Source: an uncultured Myxococcales bacterium (GTDB taxonomy: Bacteria; Myxococcota; UBA4151). From it: a stretch of DNA of 10,199 nt. Location: positions 1 through 10,199 of the forward strand of contig CAXGWI010000132.1 of NCBI GenBank assembly GCA_964013405.1, read 5' to 3'. Every line of letters starts with the position of its first letter. Within the stretch, counting starts at the first letter, position 1. The position numbers and the translations under genes are program-made. The notes beneath the pieces were generated by a model, which was not told where the DNA came from, made no database searches, and worked only from the letters and a program-made list of their open reading frames with translations. Shown here piece by piece: positions 7,287 through 10,199 of the stretch.

Positions 7287-7667
7287 GTGTCCTTTGGTAA
7301 CCGGCGAGCGGATCGTGTTGAAGCCGCTTTGTCGAAAGCAGCGGCGGAGATTCTCGCCCGTGGGGATCTCCCTGTCGACCTGCCGACCTTTATCACGGTC
7401 AACTCGTGCAAGATGAGTGATGACCTGCGGAATTGCACCCTCTACATCTCGGCCTTTACCGATGACCCAGAGGTGCTCCAGAGGACGGCCGAAGCGCTGG
7501 AGGCTTTGACGGCGCCTTTGCGCCAACGACTGAGCCGCGCAGTGCCCATGAAGTACAGCCCTCGTTTGCGTTTGGAGTTGGATGATTCGGCTGCCCGGGG
7601 CGTTCGGGTGAGTAGCGACTTACAGCGCTTGGTGGCGGAAGCGGATCGCCGTGAGTCCGATCACTGA
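7287..7667 (+). CDS. rbfA: 30S ribosome-binding factor A
   Basis: RRADRV...AEIL, ITV....MS.DLR....YIS, MKYSPRLRLELDDS; 126 aa; follows infB. Confidence 0.93.
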   Translation: MSFGNRRADRVEAALSKAAAEILARGDLPVDLPTFITVNSCKMSDDLRNCTLYISAFTDDPEVLQRTAEALEALTAPLRQRLSRAVPMKYSPRLRLELDDSAARGVRVSSDLQRLVAEADRRESDH

Positions 7668-8559
7668 ACCAGCCCTGCTCCTTTTGGATAAAGCGGCGGG
7701 GCGGACGAGTCGGAAAGCGGCGGGACAGGCTGCTCGCCAGGTTGGCGCTCGTAAATATGGTCACCTCGGTACCTTAGACCCCTTCGCAACCGGCCTCTTG
7801 CCCGTGATGATGGGGCGCGCGACTCGTTTAGCCCAGTATCTGCCTCAAGAACCGAAGGCCTATTCGGCCGAAGTCCTCTTGGGGCAGTCGACGACCACCG
7901 ATGATTGTGAAGGGGAGGTCCTTGAAGAAGCGGATCTGCCAAGTTTAGAGCCCACTGATTTGGCACGGGCGACCGCCGCGTTTTCGGGGACTTTGACGCA
8001 GCGTCCACCGGCCTTCTCCGCAATCCGGGTCGATGGTCAAAGAGCCTATAAGCGCGCGCGCCGGGGTGAAGCGGTTGAGGTGCCAGAACGGGAAGTGGAG
8101 ATTCATCGCTTGGAACTACGGATGGTCGCCGCCGATCGCCTTGAACTCGATGTGGAGTGCGGCAGCGGAACCTATATTCGCAGTTTGGCCCGGGATCTGG
8201 GGGTTTTCTTCGGCAGTCGGGCCCATTTGGTGGGTCTGCGTCGAACTCGGGTGGGGGACTGGAGCCTCGATGACGCCGCACCTGTTGAGGCGATGCCGGC
8301 ATCCGGTGTGGTCGGCATGAATCAAGCGTTGGCGCTCTGTGGTGAAGCCGTGGCGCTTCCCGCCCCGACCCATCTCTATCTACGGCAAGGAAAACCGCTG
8401 TCAGCTCTGCCGGAACTCCAGCCCTTGGGGCCAGGCCGCTACAGCCTCTTTTGTGGCCCTCAAGCCGTCGCCCTCGTGGAGCAAGGGCTGGAGGGAGCAT
8501 GGCGATATTGCATCGTTTTGCCGGAGGCATCCCAGCAGGAACGGAGCCTTGGTGGCTGA
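7651..8559 (+). CDS. truB: tRNA pseudouridine(55) synthase TruB
   Basis: GHLGTLDPFATGLL with the catalytic Asp, PPAFSAIRVDGQRAYKRARRG, CGSGTYIRSLARDLG, LRRTRVG. Overlaps rbfA by 17 nt. Confidence 0.97.
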   Translation: MSPITEPALLLLDKAAGRTSRKAAGQAARQVGARKYGHLGTLDPFATGLLPVMMGRATRLAQYLPQEPKAYSAEVLLGQSTTTDDCEGEVLEEADLPSLEPTDLARATAAFSGTLTQRPPAFSAIRVDGQRAYKRARRGEAVEVPEREVEIHRLELRMVAADRLELDVECGSGTYIRSLARDLGVFFGSRAHLVGLRRTRVGDWSLDDAAPVEAMPASGVVGMNQALALCGEAVALPAPTHLYLRQGKPLSALPELQPLGPGRYSLFCGPQAVALVEQGLEGAWRYCIVLPEASQQERSLGG

Positions 8560-10199
8560 ACTTGAGATCATTTGGCAGGGGCCGCCCCCCCTTCTTGCCG
8601 AGGCCCACAACGCGGCTAAAGCACTCCGATACAAGCACCCAACGATGGGGCCTGGACAGCGACTGGGCCCCGCGTCGTCCGAATTGATCGCCCGCCGCTT
8701 ACAAAGCCCTGAGGCCATCCACGAGCTGTTTGAGACCTCCTTGGAACGCTACGATCCAGCGCTGTTGCCCGATATGGCAGTTGCAGCTCAGGTCCTCGCC
8801 GATGCCATCCAGCAGAACCTTCGTGTCCTCATCTTCGGTGATTACGACGTTGACGGCACGACCAGTGCCGCGGTCCTGACCCTCTTTCTGCGGGCTTGCG
8901 GCCACGAAGCGGTCAGCACGCAACTGCCCCATCGCATGAAGGACGGATACGGCTTGCGTGCAGAGAGTGTGGACGACATCGCCGCTCAGGCGGACCTCTT
9001 GGTCACTGTGGATTGTGGAGCCACAGCCTTCGAAGCCTTGGAGCGGGCGCAAGAATTGGGACTGGGTGTCATCGTTTGTGACCATCACACGGTCGCCGAG
9101 CAGGTGCCCCCGGCCCACGCGGTCATCAACCCCAAGCGGGCTGATAATCGCTATCCCGGTGGGGAGCCGGCCGCAGTCGGAGTGGCCTTTAATCTGGTCG
9201 TCGCGACTCGGCGCGAGCTGCGGCAGCGAGGAGCCTTTGATGGCCGGGTTGAGCCCCGCTTGGACTCCCTATTGGAACTGGTTGCACTCGGGACCGTCGC
9301 AGACATGGTGCCGCTGACGGGCGCGAATCGTCTCTACACCCGTATGGGCCTGGAGCGCCTTCAGTGCTCGGGGCTCCCCGGGCTGCGGGCTTTGGCCCGT
9401 CTGTGCAAGAGCAAGCGGATGACCGAGCGAGAGCTCGGTTTCGACTTCGGCCCCCGCATTAACGCGGCCGGCCGGCTCGATGCGGCTGATCCGGCCTTTC
9501 AACTGCTTGTGGCCCAGCGAGATGAAGAAGCGGAGGCTTTAGCGGACCACCTTAACGATCTCAATTTGCAGCGGCGAGCGATTCAAAAAGAGATCGTGGC
9601 CGCAGCCCAGGGGATTGTCGCTGCTTGGGACGACCTCCCAGCTTGCATCATTCTGCGCAATGAAGCCTGGCATCCCGGCGTCGTTGGCATCGTCGCGAGC
9701 GCCTTGGTTCGTCGTTTTCACCGCTGCGCTGTGGTCATCGGCGAAGGCGGGAAGGGCTCGGCGAGGGCTGTGGAGGGGCAAAACATCTACGATGCCCTCC
9801 ACGGCGCCGCCCACTTACTTTCTCGTTTTGGCGGTCATGCAGCGGCAGCTGGACTCCAGTTCACCGGCGACGATGACGACTTTCGAGCCCTCCGGCAGGC
9901 CGTTAACCAGCAGTTGGTTCTCGCCCTTGGCGAGCGACTCAAGCAGCGGGTGCTGCGCTATGATCTGGAACTTCATCCCAAGTTCGCCACTTTGGATCTC
10001 GCCTGGGAACTCGATGCCCTCGGTCCTTGGGGGCAGGGGAACCGCAAACCGGTCTTTCTCGGTCGCGCCCTTGAGGTCCTCAAAACGAAACGAGGGGGCG
10101 GTAGCTATCTAGGGCTCACAGTCTCCTCTCCGGGGGAGCGACGGCCCATCGACTTGTTTGGCTTCGATTTGGATGACCTACGGCAGGTTGCTGATTCCG
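8552..10199 (+). CDS. recJ: Single-stranded-DNA-specific 5'-3' exonuclease RecJ (DHH family); 3' end outside the window
   Basis: Manual translation from GTG 8552 (GGAG at 8543-8546) is open to the edge: IFGDYDVDG, PHRMKDGYG, VTVDCG, DHH (9080-9088), INPK, ALGTVADMVPL..ANR, GPRINAAGRL, WHPGVVGIVAS, GKGSAR, FGGHAAAAG, LGPWGQGN.KPVF. Confidence 0.96.
   Translation, partial: MAELEIIWQGPPPLLAEAHNAAKALRYKHPTMGPGQRLGPASSELIARRLQSPEAIHELFETSLERYDPALLPDMAVAAQVLADAIQQNLRVLIFGDYDVDGTTSAAVLTLFLRACGHEAVSTQLPHRMKDGYGLRAESVDDIAAQADLLVTVDCGATAFEALERAQELGLGVIVCDHHTVAEQVPPAHAVINPKRADNRYPGGEPAAVGVAFNLVVATRRELRQRGAFDGRVEPRLDSLLELVALGTVADMVPLTGANRLYTRMGLERLQCSGLPGLRALARLCKSKRMTERELGFDFGPRINAAGRLDAADPAFQLLVAQRDEEAEALADHLNDLNLQRRAIQKEIVAAAQGIVAAWDDLPACIILRNEAWHPGVVGIVASALVRRFHRCAVVIGEGGKGSARAVEGQNIYDALHGAAHLLSRFGGHAAAAGLQFTGDDDDFRALRQAVNQQLVLALGERLKQRVLRYDLELHPKFATLDLAWELDALGPWGQGNRKPVFLGRALEVLKTKRGGGSYLGLTVSSPGERRPIDLFGFDLDDLRQVADS

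Noticed and set aside
8585..8591. C7 tract near the recJ 5' end as a phase-variation switch
   Set aside because: Seven C residues encoding Pro-Pro-Leu is unremarkable at this GC content, and the frame is intact.
2158..8638. Long - strand ORFs (2158..3369, 4590..6059, 6171..6881, 7661..8638)
   Set aside because: They lie antisense to nusA, infB and truB, have no recognisable motifs, and are expected in high-GC coding DNA.
8451..10112. Track ORFs 8451..8687, 8958..9317, 9615..10112 and the - strand ORFs here; possible fragmented gene
   Set aside because: A single uninterrupted frame from 8552 carries all RecJ motifs. It is missing from the track only because its stop lies outside the window.

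Overview
High-GC bacterial DNA, probably Myxococcota or a related deltaproteobacterial lineage (inferred from the Cys-rich repeat protein and the IF2 N-terminal composition). Most of the window is the housekeeping rimP-nusA-ylxR/L7Ae-infB-rbfA-truB operon on the + strand. A recJ gene overlaps the truB stop codon and runs off the right edge. A divergent - strand gene (ATG at 1479, running off the left edge) encodes a predicted lipoprotein with at least 13 tandem CGDG...CDDGN...C-x3-C repeats. Neither edge gene appears in the supplied ORF track; I translated both by hand. The ~190-nt divergent intergenic region contains an 11-bp-period direct repeat, an inverted repeat, candidate promoters and a rimP-leader-type terminator preceded by a second UUCG hairpin. 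I see no mobile element, CRISPR array or RNA gene, and no clearly new multi-gene system. The best leads are the leader/attenuator, the operon remodelling that puts recJ after truB, the acidic tails on NusA and IF2, and the repeat lipoprotein with its upstream motif.
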